DNA of 64,000 bases from contig JAGWLA010000001.1 in the NCBI GenBank assembly GCA_028865095.1, positions 137,806 through 201,805 on the forward strand, written 5' to 3'. Source of the stretch: Patescibacteria group bacterium. GTDB taxonomy: Bacteria; Patescibacteriota; Minisyncoccia; Phycocordibacterales; PALSA-1337. A program made the translations under genes and the position numbers. The notes below the pieces were generated by a model. It saw nothing but the letters and a program-made list of their open reading frames with translations, was not told the origin of the DNA and ran no database searches. Shown here piece after piece: positions 1 through 12,658 of this stretch. Position 1 is the stretch's first letter. Each line of letters starts with the position of its first letter.

Positions 1-447
1 GCGGCCGGCATCATCCCGCGCCTCATCGACATGGGCGTCGACCCGTACCTCATCGCCCCGACCCTCATCCTCGGGGTCGCCCAGCGCCTGGTGGGCATGC
101 TGGTGCCGGAAGCGTCGGAGCCCATCCCCGTCGACGGGAGCATCAAAGCCATGATCGACCGCCAGTTCACCGACCTTCCGCCCGAATTCAAGAAGGACGT
201 GCCGTTCTCCGACACCGTCTATCGCATCAAGCCGTCGTCCCAGTCGCCCCGCGGCACCCGCGGCCGCATGGCAGTCATGGAGATGTTCCTGATGGACAAG
301 GAGATCGAGCAGGCCATCCTCAAAGACCCGACCGAATCGGAGATCAACCGCATCGCCCGGTCGAAAGGCATGATCACCATGAAGGAAGATGCCATCATCA
401 AGGCGTTCCAGAAGAAGATCCCCATCGAGGAAGTGAATAAACTGTAG
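1..447 (+). CDS. pilB: Type IV pilus assembly ATPase PilB/GspE, C-terminal fragment (5' end outside window)
   Basis: The ORF runs in from the window start. The C-terminal region has GspE/PilB-like conserved blocks, and it sits immediately upstream of pilT/pilC. Confidence 0.7.
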   Translation, partial: AAGIIPRLIDMGVDPYLIAPTLILGVAQRLVGMLVPEASEPIPVDGSIKAMIDRQFTDLPPEFKKDVPFSDTVYRIKPSSQSPRGTRGRMAVMEMFLMDKEIEQAILKDPTESEINRIARSKGMITMKEDAIIKAFQKKIPIEEVNKL

Positions 448-459
448 TATACTATCAGC

Positions 460-852
460 ATGCCCAAGAAGATCCTCATCGTAGACGACGACAAGTTCCT
501 CCTCGACATGTATACCTTGAAATTCTCCAAGGCCGGCTATGACGTCAAGACGTCCGATTCCACCGAAGGCGGCCTGGCCCTTCTCCGGGGAGGGTATGTC
601 CCCGACATCATGCTCAGCGACATCGTCATGCCGGGCCTCGACGGCCTCGAGCTGGTCGCGGCCATCAGGAAAGAGAGCCTCATCCCGGGCGCGGTCATCA
701 TCATGCTCACCAACCAGGGCGGCTCGGACGACGTGGCTCGCGCCAAGAAGCTCTCCGTCGACGGCTATATCGTCAAAGCCACCACCATCCCGTCGGAGGT
801 CCTGACCGAGGTCGAGAAGATCTGCGCCTCGAAGGCCCATCCCGCATCATAA
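460..852 (+). CDS. Stand-alone response-regulator receiver domain (CheY-like, PilH/PilG-type)
   Basis: 130 aa. N-terminal acidic DDD pocket, phospho-acceptor Asp in SDIVMPGLDG, conserved Thr/Lys region, and no output domain. Confidence 0.8.
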   Translation: MPKKILIVDDDKFLLDMYTLKFSKAGYDVKTSDSTEGGLALLRGGYVPDIMLSDIVMPGLDGLELVAAIRKESLIPGAVIIMLTNQGGSDDVARAKKLSVDGYIVKATTIPSEVLTEVEKICASKAHPAS

Positions 853-856
853 CGCC

Positions 857-1915
857 ATGGACTACAAGAAAGAGATACAAGACCTGGTCGATCTGATCCT
901 CAAGGAAGGGGCGTCCGACCTGCACCTCTCGGTCGGCCGCACGCCTATCATCAGGGTCTCCGGCAACCTCATCCCGCTCGTCAAGAAGCCGATCCTCACC
1001 GACAAGGACCTCCAAGGCTTCTCGGACGTCTTCCTGTCGGAGGACAGCAAGGAGATCCTCAAGAGGGAGAAGGACGTCGATTTCTCATATAACCTCATCG
1101 CCTCGCGCTTCCGCGGCAACGCCTATTTCCGCCAAGGGTCGCTTTCCATCGCCCTGCGCCTCATCCCCAAGTCGATTAGGACCCTGGCCGAGCTCAATCT
1201 GCCGCCGATCCTCGAGTCCTTCACCCGCAAGCAGCAAGGGTTCTTCCTGGTGGTGGGCCCCATCGGACAGGGCAAGACCACCACCTTGGCCACGCTCATC
1301 GAGATGATCAACCAGACCCGCACCGAGCACATCCTGACCATCGAAGACCCCATCGAATACCAGTTCGAATCCAAGAAGTCGATCATCGACCAGCGGGAGG
1401 TGCGCATCGACACCCCTGATTTCCATAACGCCCTCATCGCCATGTTCCGCGAGGACATCGACGTCTGCATGGTCGGCGAGATGCGCGACAACATGACCAT
1501 ATCCACCGCCGTGACCGCCGCCGAGACGGGCCACCTCATCTTCTCGACCCTGCACACCAACGACGCGTCCCAGACCATCAACCGCATCATCGACTCCTTC
1601 CCGTCGAACCAGCAGGACCAGATACGCGTCCAGCTGGCGGGATCGCTCTCGGGCATATTCTCTCAGCGCCTCATCCCGCGCATCTCCGGCGGCCTCGTCC
1701 CGGCGTACGAGCTCCTCATCAACAACAACGCGGTCTCCAACCTCATCCGCGAGAAGCGCATCCATGAGATCGACACGGTCATCGAGACCAGCTCGCAGGA
1801 AGGGATGGTCGACTTGAACCGGTCTCTGGCCGAGCTCGTCAGGTCGGGGGAGATCACGGTGGAGAGCGCGTACACCAACTCGCTGAACCCCAAGACCCTG
1901 GAGAGGATGATATAG
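857..1915 (+). CDS. pilT: Twitching motility ATPase PilT
   Basis: 352 aa. Walker A GPIGQGKTTT, PilT-type His/Asp boxes, and conserved neighbourhood next to pilB/pilC. Confidence 0.9.
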   Translation: MDYKKEIQDLVDLILKEGASDLHLSVGRTPIIRVSGNLIPLVKKPILTDKDLQGFSDVFLSEDSKEILKREKDVDFSYNLIASRFRGNAYFRQGSLSIALRLIPKSIRTLAELNLPPILESFTRKQQGFFLVVGPIGQGKTTTLATLIEMINQTRTEHILTIEDPIEYQFESKKSIIDQREVRIDTPDFHNALIAMFREDIDVCMVGEMRDNMTISTAVTAAETGHLIFSTLHTNDASQTINRIIDSFPSNQQDQIRVQLAGSLSGIFSQRLIPRISGGLVPAYELLINNNAVSNLIREKRIHEIDTVIETSSQEGMVDLNRSLAELVRSGEITVESAYTNSLNPKTLERMI

Positions 1916-1924
1916 AACACCGCC

Positions 1925-3139
1925 ATGCTATTCACCTACCAAGCCCTCGACGGGGCAGGATCGAAGAAAGAAGGCTCCATCGACGCCATCAACGTCGACG
2001 TCGCCATCTCCTCGCTGCAGCGCCGCGGCTTGGTCATCACCACCATCAAGGAAGCCGGCCAAGGCGGCTCCATCCTCTCCAAGAACATATCGTTCTTCGA
2101 CCATGTGTCCACCAAGGACGTGGTCATCCTCTCCCGGCAGCTGGCCACTTTGTTCGAGGCCCAGATATCGGCCCTCCGCGTCTTCCGCCTGATCGGCGGC
2201 GAGACGGAGAACAAGGTCCTCGGCGCCAAGCTGGAGACCATCGCCGACGACCTCCAGGCGGGAAGCTCCATATCGGCCGCCTTGGCCAAGCACCCGAAAG
2301 TCTTCGACGATTTCTACGTGTCCATGGTCAAGGCCGGCGAAGAGTCGGGCAAGCTCAACGACACCTTCCTCTATCTGGCCGACTACCTCGACCGCACCTA
2401 CGAGCTCACTTCCAAGGTCCGTGGCGCCCTCATATATCCGGCGTTCGTGGTGGTCACTTTCTTCACGGTCATGGTCCTCATGTTCACCATGATCATACCG
2501 AAGATAAGCCCCATCCTGGTCCAGTCGGGCGCCACCATCCCCGTCTACACCCAAGTGATCATCGGCATGTCCAACTTCATGGTGTCGTACGGCTTCGTCC
2601 TGCTGGCGGTCGCCATCGTCGGCGGCTACTTCCTCTTCCGCTTCGTCAGGACGCCGGCCGGGCGCGCCGCGTACGACCGGTTCAAGCTGTCGGTCCCGTA
2701 TGTGAGCAGCCTCTACCGCAAGCTCTATCTGGCGCGCTTCGCCGACAACATGAACACCATGCTGGCGTCGGGCATCCCGATGGTGCGCGCCCTCGACCTG
2801 ACGTCGAACGTCATCAGCAATACCGTCTACAAGCAGATCCTGACCGACGCCACCGAGGCGGTCAAAGGCGGCCAGACCCTTTCCGACTCTCTCTCCAGCC
2901 ACCCGAAGGAGATGCCGGGCATCATGACCCAGATGATGAGAGTGGGCGAAGAGGCCGGAGAAGTCGGGTCCATCCTGAAGACGGTGGCCAATTTCTATAC
3001 CAGGGAAGTGGCTACGGCGGTCGATTCGCTGGTCTCGCTCATCGAGCCGGCCATGATCGTCCTCCTCGGCGCAGGCGTGGCTATATTGCTGGCCGCCGTG
3101 CTCGTGCCTATCTATTCCATCGCCTCGTCGACCTCGTAG
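1925..3139 (+). CDS. pilC: Type IV pilus inner-membrane platform protein PilC/GspF
   Basis: 404 aa. Two GspF-like repeats with TM helices, and position after pilT. Confidence 0.9.
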   Translation: MLFTYQALDGAGSKKEGSIDAINVDVAISSLQRRGLVITTIKEAGQGGSILSKNISFFDHVSTKDVVILSRQLATLFEAQISALRVFRLIGGETENKVLGAKLETIADDLQAGSSISAALAKHPKVFDDFYVSMVKAGEESGKLNDTFLYLADYLDRTYELTSKVRGALIYPAFVVVTFFTVMVLMFTMIIPKISPILVQSGATIPVYTQVIIGMSNFMVSYGFVLLAVAIVGGYFLFRFVRTPAGRAAYDRFKLSVPYVSSLYRKLYLARFADNMNTMLASGIPMVRALDLTSNVISNTVYKQILTDATEAVKGGQTLSDSLSSHPKEMPGIMTQMMRVGEEAGEVGSILKTVANFYTREVATAVDSLVSLIEPAMIVLLGAGVAILLAAVLVPIYSIASSTS

Positions 3140-3264
3140 CGGGGGCGGGTAGCAGATTATCCACAGGCTCATATGGACGGCGTGCGGCCATGATATAATG
3201 GTCACAACCATATAAATGGCCAAAGTCACTTATTAGTTGAGTCATTAATAGCACAAGAATACTT

Positions 3265-3750
3265 ATGAAATTGAAGAATATAAGGAGAGGTTTCACCCTC
3301 ATCGAATTGCTCGTCGTCATCGCCATCATCGGCATATTGGCGTCCATCGTCTTGGTGTCGCTGAACAGCGCGAGGACCAAGGGCACTGATGCTCGTGTTG
3401 TCTCCGATGTACAGGAGATGCGCACGTGGCTTGAGACTCAGTATAATGGTTCGGGTTATCCTCTTAACGGAACGACGGTGGCTTGCAATGGCATTGCAAA
3501 CAGCAACACGACGGCGACATTCGCGGCTTGCGTGAATTCGCCTGACGCCAACGCCAATGCTCTTAATGCCGATGCGAATACAGAGAGCGGCGGTCACCCG
3601 TTGTATATCTCCGTCGGCAATAATGGAAGCTCGTATGCTGTCCGTGGATATCTTCAAGCGACGAGTAAGTATTTCTGCATCGATTCTACCGGAGCGGCCA
3701 ACCAGAGTGATAGTGGCAGCAATGCATCGGCAGCAGCTAGGTGTCAATAG
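3265..3750 (+). CDS. Type IV major pilin (prepilin, class III signal)
   Basis: N-terminus RRGFTLIELLVVIAIIGILASIVL with G/F cleavage-methylation motif and Glu+5. A TATAAT box lies upstream. Confidence 0.85.
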   Translation: MKLKNIRRGFTLIELLVVIAIIGILASIVLVSLNSARTKGTDARVVSDVQEMRTWLETQYNGSGYPLNGTTVACNGIANSNTTATFAACVNSPDANANALNADANTESGGHPLYISVGNNGSSYAVRGYLQATSKYFCIDSTGAANQSDSGSNASAAARCQ

Positions 3751-3786
3751 CATCGTTCTGACGGTCTAAACTGTCGGCGATTCCAA

Positions 3787-3815
3787 CAAAACCCCTGCAA
3801 GGGGTTTTGTTTTTA
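3787..3815 (+). terminator. Rho-independent terminator after pilin gene
   Basis: Hairpin aaaaccccTGCAaggggtttt followed by a T-run. Confidence 0.75.
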
Positions 3816-3840
3816 GCGCCGAGATGCTAGATTTGTAGGC

Positions 3841-6249
3841 ATGTCCCATCAGATCAAGGCGGCGAAGCTCTCGGTCATCGTCCCCGTCTTCAACGAGAGA
3901 GGGACGATCAGGGAAGTGATAGCGAAAGTCATCTCTGCCCGACTGCCCGATGGGTGGACGAGAGAAGTGATCGTTGTCGATGATGCCTCTCACGACGGCA
4001 CCCAAAATGTCCTTAAAGGCCTCGTTGGATGCACCATATCCTATTCGCGATTCAATGGCGGGAAAGGGGCGGCGCTTAAAGAAGGATTAAGGATCGCGAC
4101 AGGGGATTATATCCTCATACAAGACGCCGATCTAGAATATGACCCGGATGATTATGAAAAGCTGCTCCAGCCTATCATCGATGGCAGGGCAGACGCGGTC
4201 TTCGGGTCGCGCACTCTCGGAAAGAACAACAAGGTTCCCTTGAAGAGGATATATTTCTATGGAGGCTTGCTCATCAATAAGATATTTAATGCCCTTTTTG
4301 GGACGAGGGTGAGCGACGTGGCGACGTGCTACAAAATCTTCTCTCGCGGGCATGCCGACGAGATCTTGAAACTGCCGGCAAACGACTTCGTGTTCGATGT
4401 CGTCGAGCTGTCTTATTATCTGACAAGTCATACGCATATCGTTGAGGTTCCGATCCGTTATGAGCCGCGCGGAGGGACAGAAGGGAAGAAGATGGGTTGG
4501 CGCCATGGTTGGCGTTGTTTTAGGAGGATGCTGTCTCTCTATATCGATCAGAGGAGCTGGATGCCGGCCTTCCTCTCTTTTGCCGTCTTCTTTGCCGTCT
4601 TCTTTGCAGTGTATTTCTCGGTGAGCACGCTCTCGAGCGGCGACGATCACTTCTTCCATTTCAGGTTCGCCCAAGAGATGCTGTCCCATGGCTTTTTCGG
4701 ATCTTTCCAAGATTTCAAATCGATCTATTTTTCCCAGATGGCGCATGGCAATTCATATTTCATGTATTACAATTTCATCTTTTATGTCGTCGCCATCCCG
4801 TTCACCTTTATCACCCCTCTGTATCTAGGGATAAAGCTTTATGCCGTCTTGATTGCGGCAGCTGCGTTCACCTTGCTCTACTGGTGCCTTAAGAGGTTCG
4901 ACATACGCTATCCGTTCGTATGGACTCTCGTCATCCTCTCGATCACTAGTACGGCATCGCTCTGGAGATTTTTTCTCTCAAGGCCGTATGCGCTCGCCCC
5001 ATCCATCCTTCTGCTCCTTCTTTATTTCCTGTATCGCAAAAACCATGTCGGCGTCGCGATCGTGAGCTTTGCGTATCTTTTCTGGCACAGCTCGACGTTC
5101 TTTATGCCGATATGCGTTGCCGTTGCATATTACATAATCGAAAAGTTCTATCGGAACAAGGGCGACTGGAAGAACCTGGCGTGTGCAATCGGGGGGACAA
5201 TGGCAGCGATCGGCGCCACTTACCTCGTTTCAGGCGGATTTCTCATCTTCATATGGCAGACGCTCGTGAAGATCTATTGGCAGACGATCTTGGGGCATGC
5301 CGTCAAAATATCAGAGGGGGGAGAGCTGTATCCGATCGATTTCTTCAATTTCATCCAGACAAACGCTCTTATCTTTGCCGCATTCGTGACAGCTTTGTCG
5401 GTAGATATATTCAGCTACGTGGCCTATAAGACGGGGCGGTCCCCTTCAGACGATTATTTTGCCGATGCGCCAGCGCCTCGGCGTCACCTTCAATCAACGG
5501 TGCTATTCCTGACGGCGGGGTTCTTCCTGGGGACGGTGGCGGTCAGCGGCAGATTCGGAGATTATTTCACGTTCTTTGCCGCGCTCTATATAGCATTATC
5601 GTTCGATTATGCTCGCAGGCTCGTCGTCATATCCGGCGGGTCGCTGATCCGGCAGAGCCTCGGCACCGGGCTTGCGATCGTTCTCGCCTATCTTTTTTTG
5701 AGCAATATGCTGTTTCTTCAACAAAGGATCGCCTACGGCCAATCGCCGCTCGAATTCTATCAAGTCGGATCGTGGCTGAAAGAGAATTCGAAGCCTGGCG
5801 ACATAGTGTTCGAGGCTAATTGGAGCTGGTTCCCGCAGCTGTACTATTGGAGCCCGGATGATTATTACAGCGCCGGTCTTGAGCCAAGGTTCATGTATGA
5901 TTACAACCCAGCGCTTTATTGGGAATCAGTTCACATCGCGCAAGATGGTTATGTGTGCGCCCAGCAGGAATGCCCTGACCTCGAAGCCGCCCGTTCCAAA
6001 GCTTTATCAGGAGCGACGACTACTTTGGAGTGGGCCAAGCGCCAAGGTGATGCCATAGCGTCCGCGCTACGGAATGACTTCCACGCCTCGTATATAGTTT
6101 CTTCGAAGGATTATCGCTTTTTCGATTACATTCTTTCCAATAACTCCCATTTCAAACTGGGCCTGTATAATGACCAATTCGGCAATGAGGTATTCACAGT
6201 GTCTACCAGTTCGGTCATAGCTATGCCTGATGCAAGGAACAGGAAATGA
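3841..6249 (+). CDS. Fused glycosyltransferase: N-terminal GT2 (polyprenol-phosphate sugar synthase, GtrB/Dpm1-like) plus C-terminal polytopic GT-C-like membrane transferase
   Basis: 802 aa. The N-terminal ~230 aa carry GT2 motifs ([22 protein letters not shown]). The remaining ~570 aa have more than 10 predicted TM helices, typical of GT-C/ArnT/PMT-like enzymes. Confidence 0.65.
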   Translation: MSHQIKAAKLSVIVPVFNERGTIREVIAKVISARLPDGWTREVIVVDDASHDGTQNVLKGLVGCTISYSRFNGGKGAALKEGLRIATGDYILIQDADLEYDPDDYEKLLQPIIDGRADAVFGSRTLGKNNKVPLKRIYFYGGLLINKIFNALFGTRVSDVATCYKIFSRGHADEILKLPANDFVFDVVELSYYLTSHTHIVEVPIRYEPRGGTEGKKMGWRHGWRCFRRMLSLYIDQRSWMPAFLSFAVFFAVFFAVYFSVSTLSSGDDHFFHFRFAQEMLSHGFFGSFQDFKSIYFSQMAHGNSYFMYYNFIFYVVAIPFTFITPLYLGIKLYAVLIAAAAFTLLYWCLKRFDIRYPFVWTLVILSITSTASLWRFFLSRPYALAPSILLLLLYFLYRKNHVGVAIVSFAYLFWHSSTFFMPICVAVAYYIIEKFYRNKGDWKNLACAIGGTMAAIGATYLVSGGFLIFIWQTLVKIYWQTILGHAVKISEGGELYPIDFFNFIQTNALIFAAFVTALSVDIFSYVAYKTGRSPSDDYFADAPAPRRHLQSTVLFLTAGFFLGTVAVSGRFGDYFTFFAALYIALSFDYARRLVVISGGSLIRQSLGTGLAIVLAYLFLSNMLFLQQRIAYGQSPLEFYQVGSWLKENSKPGDIVFEANWSWFPQLYYWSPDDYYSAGLEPRFMYDYNPALYWESVHIAQDGYVCAQQECPDLEAARSKALSGATTTLEWAKRQGDAIASALRNDFHASYIVSSKDYRFFDYILSNNSHFKLGLYNDQFGNEVFTVSTSSVIAMPDARNRK

Positions 6250-6671
6250 CCGAGGCTGCTAAAGACATGTTCGGACGGATACATGCCCGCTTCAGCCGGG
6301 TAGTCAGGTTCGTGTCATCGGGAGCAGTCGGTGCCGCTATCGATCTCGGTTTGTTGTTCTTGTTCGTGCGCGTGATGGATGCGTGGTATCTGCCTTCCGC
6401 TGTGGTCGCATTCGTTCTCTCATACGCTGTCAGCTTTATATTGCAGAAGTTCTGGACATTCAGAGAGCGCTCGATGGAGCGCGCTCACGTCCAGGCCTCC
6501 TCCTATCTTCTGTTGGCCCTAGCGAATCTGGTCCTTAACACCCTGCTAATGTACGCTCTCGTTACCGGAATCGGTTTGGAATACCTCGCAGCCCAAATAA
6601 TAGCCAGCGCCATCATAGCGGTCGAGAGTTACGCATTCTATAAGTTGATATTCAAAGTACCCGTTGCTTGA
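6246..6671 (+). CDS. GtrA-family membrane protein (polyprenol-sugar flippase-associated)
   Basis: 141 aa with 4 TM helices and GtrA-like conserved blocks. It overlaps the upstream stop by 4 nt (ATGA). Confidence 0.7.
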   Translation: MTEAAKDMFGRIHARFSRVVRFVSSGAVGAAIDLGLLFLFVRVMDAWYLPSAVVAFVLSYAVSFILQKFWTFRERSMERAHVQASSYLLLALANLVLNTLLMYALVTGIGLEYLAAQIIASAIIAVESYAFYKLIFKVPVA

Positions 6672-6692
6672 CGTATCTGCTATAATTTAGCA

Positions 6693-7208
6693 ATGAAAAA
6701 AGGCTTCACCCTCATCGAATTGCTCGTCGTCATCGCCATCATCGGCATATTGAGCTCGATCATATTGGTCAACCTCGCGTCGTCCCGCGCCAAAGCCAGG
6801 GATGCCCAGAGGGTGTCGGATATAGGGCAGATACAGCTGGCGCTCTCCCTTTATTACGACCGGTGCGGCCAGTATCCTCCTCCGCATTCGGGCAAGATCG
6901 ACAGCACCGTGCTCGCCGAGAGCACGGGCTGCCCGAGCGGGAGCGGGATCAGCCTCCAGTCGTTCATATCGCAGATACCGATGTCTCCTGCCGGAGGGAG
7001 CCTGTCCGCGGCTCCTTACGACTATGTCGCCAACAGCTCCGACTCCGACTATGTCCTCCATTCTTCTTTGGAATATAGCAGCTCCGCCCAGGCGAACAGC
7101 TTCTCCGAGACGAGCCGCGCGTCCGCTCCGTATTCGTCGTGGGCTACCGGCTTCTCGTGCTATGACGCCGCCAGCCATCAGACGGAGTACTGCGTCACTT
7201 CACGATAG
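6693..7208 (+). CDS. Type IV pilin (second prepilin gene)
   Basis: N-terminus KKGFTLIELLVVIAIIGIL, identical in its first ~20 mature residues to the pilin at 3265. Confidence 0.85.
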   Translation: MKKGFTLIELLVVIAIIGILSSIILVNLASSRAKARDAQRVSDIGQIQLALSLYYDRCGQYPPPHSGKIDSTVLAESTGCPSGSGISLQSFISQIPMSPAGGSLSAAPYDYVANSSDSDYVLHSSLEYSSSAQANSFSETSRASAPYSSWATGFSCYDAASHQTEYCVTSR

Positions 7209-8006
7209 ATGACCGATCTCGCCATCCCGCTCATCCTGGCGTTCTGCTTCGGGGCCGTCATCGGGAGCTTCCTGAATGTCGTATCGCTCCGCTTCAACAC
7301 CGGCGTCGGCCTCGGCGGCCGGTCGAAATGCATGTCCTGCGGGAACCAGCTCTCCTGGAAGGAGCTCATACCGATCGCCAGCTTCATGGCCCAGAAGGGC
7401 GCCTGCAAGAAGTGCCGCGCCCGGATCTCGTGGCAGTATCCGCTGGTAGAATTCGCCGCCGGCGCCATATTCGTGCTCGTCATATACCGCTTCCCGCCGG
7501 CATCGTATCTCGCCGCGCTGACGACCTTCATATATCTCACGGCCACCAGCCTGCTCCTGGTCATCGCCGCCTATGACGTGAAGCATAAGATCATCCCCGA
7601 CCGCTTCGTCTGGGCGTTCGACGCCCTCGCTCTGGCGAGCGTATTCGTGGGAGGCCAGTCATGGCTGCACGCGCCGCATTGGTGGACTCTGGCGGCCGGC
7701 CCGCTCCTGGCTCTGCCGTTCGCCCTGCTCTGGCTGGTCTCCAAAGGCTCGTGGATGGGATTAGGCGACGCCAAGCTCGTCCTCGGCCTCGGGTGGCTCC
7801 TCGGCATGGATGGGGGAGCGAACGCGCTGGTCTGGGCTTTCTGGATAGGGGCTGCGGCCAGCGTGGCGTGGATGCTCGTCGTCCGCAAGCGCTTCAAGGC
7901 CAAGGCGGAAGTGCCCCTCGGCCCGTATCTCATCATCGGCTTCTACCTCGTCCTCCTCTTCGGCTGGCAGGCCATCGACCTGCGCATGCTGGCGCAGCTC
8001 TTTTGA
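7209..8006 (+). CDS. pilD: Prepilin peptidase / N-methyltransferase PilD (A24 family)
   Basis: 265 aa. CxxC...CxxC zinc motif (CMSCGN...CKKCR) and a polytopic membrane protein. ATG directly abuts the pilin stop. Confidence 0.9.
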   Translation: MTDLAIPLILAFCFGAVIGSFLNVVSLRFNTGVGLGGRSKCMSCGNQLSWKELIPIASFMAQKGACKKCRARISWQYPLVEFAAGAIFVLVIYRFPPASYLAALTTFIYLTATSLLLVIAAYDVKHKIIPDRFVWAFDALALASVFVGGQSWLHAPHWWTLAAGPLLALPFALLWLVSKGSWMGLGDAKLVLGLGWLLGMDGGANALVWAFWIGAAASVAWMLVVRKRFKAKAEVPLGPYLIIGFYLVLLFGWQAIDLRMLAQLF

Positions 8007-8012
8007 GCTATA

Positions 8013-8624
8013 ATGGAGGGGATGAATCGCGGCTTCACCCTCATCGAGCTCCTCGTATCGCTGGCCATATTCGCCCTGATGACCGCCCTCGTCGTGGCGA
8101 AGTTCGGCAATTTCAATCAGAGCACCCTCCTCACCGACACGGCGTATGACGTGGCCTTGGCCCTCCGCACGGCCCAGTCGTACGGGCTGTCCGTCAAGAA
8201 TTCGACGGCGGGCAGCCCCGCATTCAGCTATCCGTACGGCATCGATTTCAACAGCACAGCGACCGGCGCAGCATGCGATTCGTACACGTCGACCGATCAG
8301 CTCTTCGTGCTCTTCGCCGATAAGGATTCGAATCACTTGTGCGGCTCGGGCGACCTGGGCATCAGCACGTATGCGCTCACCCGCGGGGCATACATCTCCT
8401 ATCTCTGCGCGGGGAGCGATCAGGCGACATGCCATTCCAACCCGGCCATAACCTCTCTCGACATCTCATTCCAGAGGCCCAATCCCGAGGCGTCCATCTG
8501 CAGCAGCGGCTTCAACCCGGCCTGCAGCTATGCCTATGCCGAGATCACGGTCACGAGCAATGACAAGTCGAATAGCCGCACCATATCCGTCCGGCAGAAC
8601 GGCCAGATAACCGTATTAAAATGA
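8013..8624 (+). CDS. Minor pilin / pseudopilin (GspH/FimT-like)
   Basis: N-terminal RGFTLIELLVSLAIFALM prepilin motif. Confidence 0.75.
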   Translation: MEGMNRGFTLIELLVSLAIFALMTALVVAKFGNFNQSTLLTDTAYDVALALRTAQSYGLSVKNSTAGSPAFSYPYGIDFNSTATGAACDSYTSTDQLFVLFADKDSNHLCGSGDLGISTYALTRGAYISYLCAGSDQATCHSNPAITSLDISFQRPNPEASICSSGFNPACSYAYAEITVTSNDKSNSRTISVRQNGQITVLK

Positions 8625-9337
8625 GCAGAGCGCACGCATACAAGGAGCGATCGAAGGGCTTTCGGACCAAGGGCGGCTTCACCCTCATCGAGATCGTCGT
8701 GTCGCTGGCCATATTCGCCATCGTGGCCATGGTCGCTTTGTCGGCATTGGTCAAGATCATGGACGCCAACAAGAAAGCTCAGACCATCCAGGACGCCGTG
8801 ACCAGCTTGTCGTACGCCCTCGATTCCATGTCCCGCGAGCTCCGGACCGGGTCCGTCTATTACTGCCAGCCTCTCACGACGGTGTCGCTCTCGAGCCTCG
8901 CGTCCGGCGCGAGCGGCAACATCTCGTCGAGCTGCCAGTCGGGGCTCGATCCGTCGTCGAACGGGGCAGTCATCGCCTTCCTGTCTCCCGCTACCGCGAC
9001 CAGAAGCGACGGCACGAAGTGCAGGCTCGTCTATGCCTATCTCCTGGCGCCGATCGTCTCGGGCGGGGCGACGACCTGGGAGCTCGAGAAGGCGGAGCAG
9101 CAGCCGAACCAGCAGTGCACCGACACGGTCTTCTATAACAGCCCGACCGACACCAATTTCGCCCCCATCGTCGACCCGTCTTCGGTCACGATCGACGGCT
9201 ATTACGTGAAAGTGGCCCTGCCGTCGGGCTCGAAGTATCCGCTGGCCACTGTCGGCCTGAAAGGCTACGCCGGCGGGAGCGAGCAGACCAAGACGTATTT
9301 CTCCGTCCAGACCGCGGCGTCGCCGCGCATCCCATAA
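8621..9337 (+). CDS. Minor pilin / pseudopilin
   Basis: N-terminal GGFTLIEIVVSLAIFAIV prepilin motif. 4-nt overlap with the upstream gene. Confidence 0.7.
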   Translation: MSRAHAYKERSKGFRTKGGFTLIEIVVSLAIFAIVAMVALSALVKIMDANKKAQTIQDAVTSLSYALDSMSRELRTGSVYYCQPLTTVSLSSLASGASGNISSSCQSGLDPSSNGAVIAFLSPATATRSDGTKCRLVYAYLLAPIVSGGATTWELEKAEQQPNQQCTDTVFYNSPTDTNFAPIVDPSSVTIDGYYVKVALPSGSKYPLATVGLKGYAGGSEQTKTYFSVQTAASPRIP

Positions 9338-9340
9338 GCC

Positions 9341-9886
9341 ATGAGAGCCATCCAACGACAGCGCGGATTCACCATCATCGAGACCCTCGTGGCCATCACG
9401 GTGCTCATGATCGCCATCGCCGGCCCCTTGGTGATCGCAAGCCAGGGCCTCTTCGGGGCGCAAGCCTCGAAGGACCAGATGATAGCGTCGTATCTCGCCG
9501 AAGACAGCATGGAGACGATCAAGAACATCAAGGACAACGATATCTTCCAGGAGATCGGGTGGGAATCCAACCCTTTGGGGTCCCCGGCCTCTTTCGGCGC
9601 CTGCATATCATCCAATCCTTGCGATATGGGCTCGCTCGACAGCCCTCAGATCATGAGCGGCGCCGATTCATATCCTCTCTATCTGACTGCCAACGGCTGG
9701 TACAGCCACAACGCCGCTTTGGGCGCTAAGACCCCTTTCAGTCGTTACTTCTACACTATCCAACAGCCGTTGAACGGGGGAGTGGATAATAACCAGCTGC
9801 AAGTCACGGTCGTCGTGTCATGGAATGAAGGCCCGACGCCGTACAGCGTGTCTCTATCAAGCCAGATAACCAATTCCACCCGCTGA
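9341..9886 (+). CDS. Minor pilin / pseudopilin (GspI/PilV-like)
   Basis: N-terminal RGFTIIETLVAITVLMIAI prepilin motif. Confidence 0.7.
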   Translation: MRAIQRQRGFTIIETLVAITVLMIAIAGPLVIASQGLFGAQASKDQMIASYLAEDSMETIKNIKDNDIFQEIGWESNPLGSPASFGACISSNPCDMGSLDSPQIMSGADSYPLYLTANGWYSHNAALGAKTPFSRYFYTIQQPLNGGVDNNQLQVTVVVSWNEGPTPYSVSLSSQITNSTR

Positions 9887-9890
9887 TACC

Positions 9891-10478
9891 ATGAGAACCG
9901 ATCTGCGCACAGCCCCGCTTCGCCCGAACCGCTCCGACGGGTATACGCTGCTCTTCGCGGTGCTTACGGCGGCTCTGGTCCTCGGGGTGGCGGTCTTCAT
10001 CCTGGACGTCAGCCGCAAGCAGTATGAGCTGTCGGTCTCCGCCCGCGATTCCATGTATTCGTTCTATGCCGCGGATTCCGGCATCGAATGCGTCGCTGAA
10101 TACGGCGGCACCAACAGCCCGAACGGCGATATCTACTCTTCGTCGACGCCGCCCGCGAGCGTGGCATGCGGGCTGTCCACCGTCACCTCTTTCCCGTGGA
10201 CGCACGTCTCCGACTCTTCCCATGCGAAATATGCGAATGACACCTATAACAACGGGTATGACGAGACCACGTTCAACATAGGCTTCTCTGGCGGCACCTG
10301 CGCGGCGGTGACCATCGACGAATATTACGATTCGAGCCTCAACTATTACGACAACATCCTTTCCAGCGGGTACAACAAGTGCGTGGCCAACGGCGGAGCG
10401 GTGGCCGACCAGCCTGACACGTCCGACCCCACGATCGTCGAGCGCGCCCTTCAGCTGTCGCATACGACCGCTCCTTGA
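9891..10478 (+). CDS. PilX-like minor pilin candidate (atypical prepilin signal lacking Glu+5)
   Basis: N-terminal GYTLLFAVLTAALVLGVAVFIL hydrophobic segment followed by a Cys-containing globular part. It is last in the pseudopilin operon. Confidence 0.45.
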   Translation: MRTDLRTAPLRPNRSDGYTLLFAVLTAALVLGVAVFILDVSRKQYELSVSARDSMYSFYAADSGIECVAEYGGTNSPNGDIYSSSTPPASVACGLSTVTSFPWTHVSDSSHAKYANDTYNNGYDETTFNIGFSGGTCAAVTIDEYYDSSLNYYDNILSSGYNKCVANGGAVADQPDTSDPTIVERALQLSHTTAP

Positions 10479-10526
10479 CGGCGGCGCCGGAGCGCGCCGG
10501 AGCATGCCGCGGCCGCCGCGGCATGA

Positions 10527-12611
<2,085 letters not shown>

Positions 12612-12658
12612 CCGCCGCCTGTGCCGTACGGCCGCCGTATGCTAGACTGGAACCGCCT

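Noticed and set aside
1928-3229. Long antisense ORFs in GC-rich regions (for example 1928-3229 -, 8534-9463 -, 12936-14438 -, 22390-23679 -, 24306-26075 -, 58927-60864 -, 62339-63361 -)
   Set aside because: They have Arg/Gly/Asp-rich low-complexity translations opposite well-supported genes, which is the typical shadow-ORF pattern of high-GC DNA.
3140-3264. Sigma-54 (-24/-12) promoter upstream of the major pilin gene
   Set aside because: No GG-N10-GC element was found. A TATAAT-type box is present instead.
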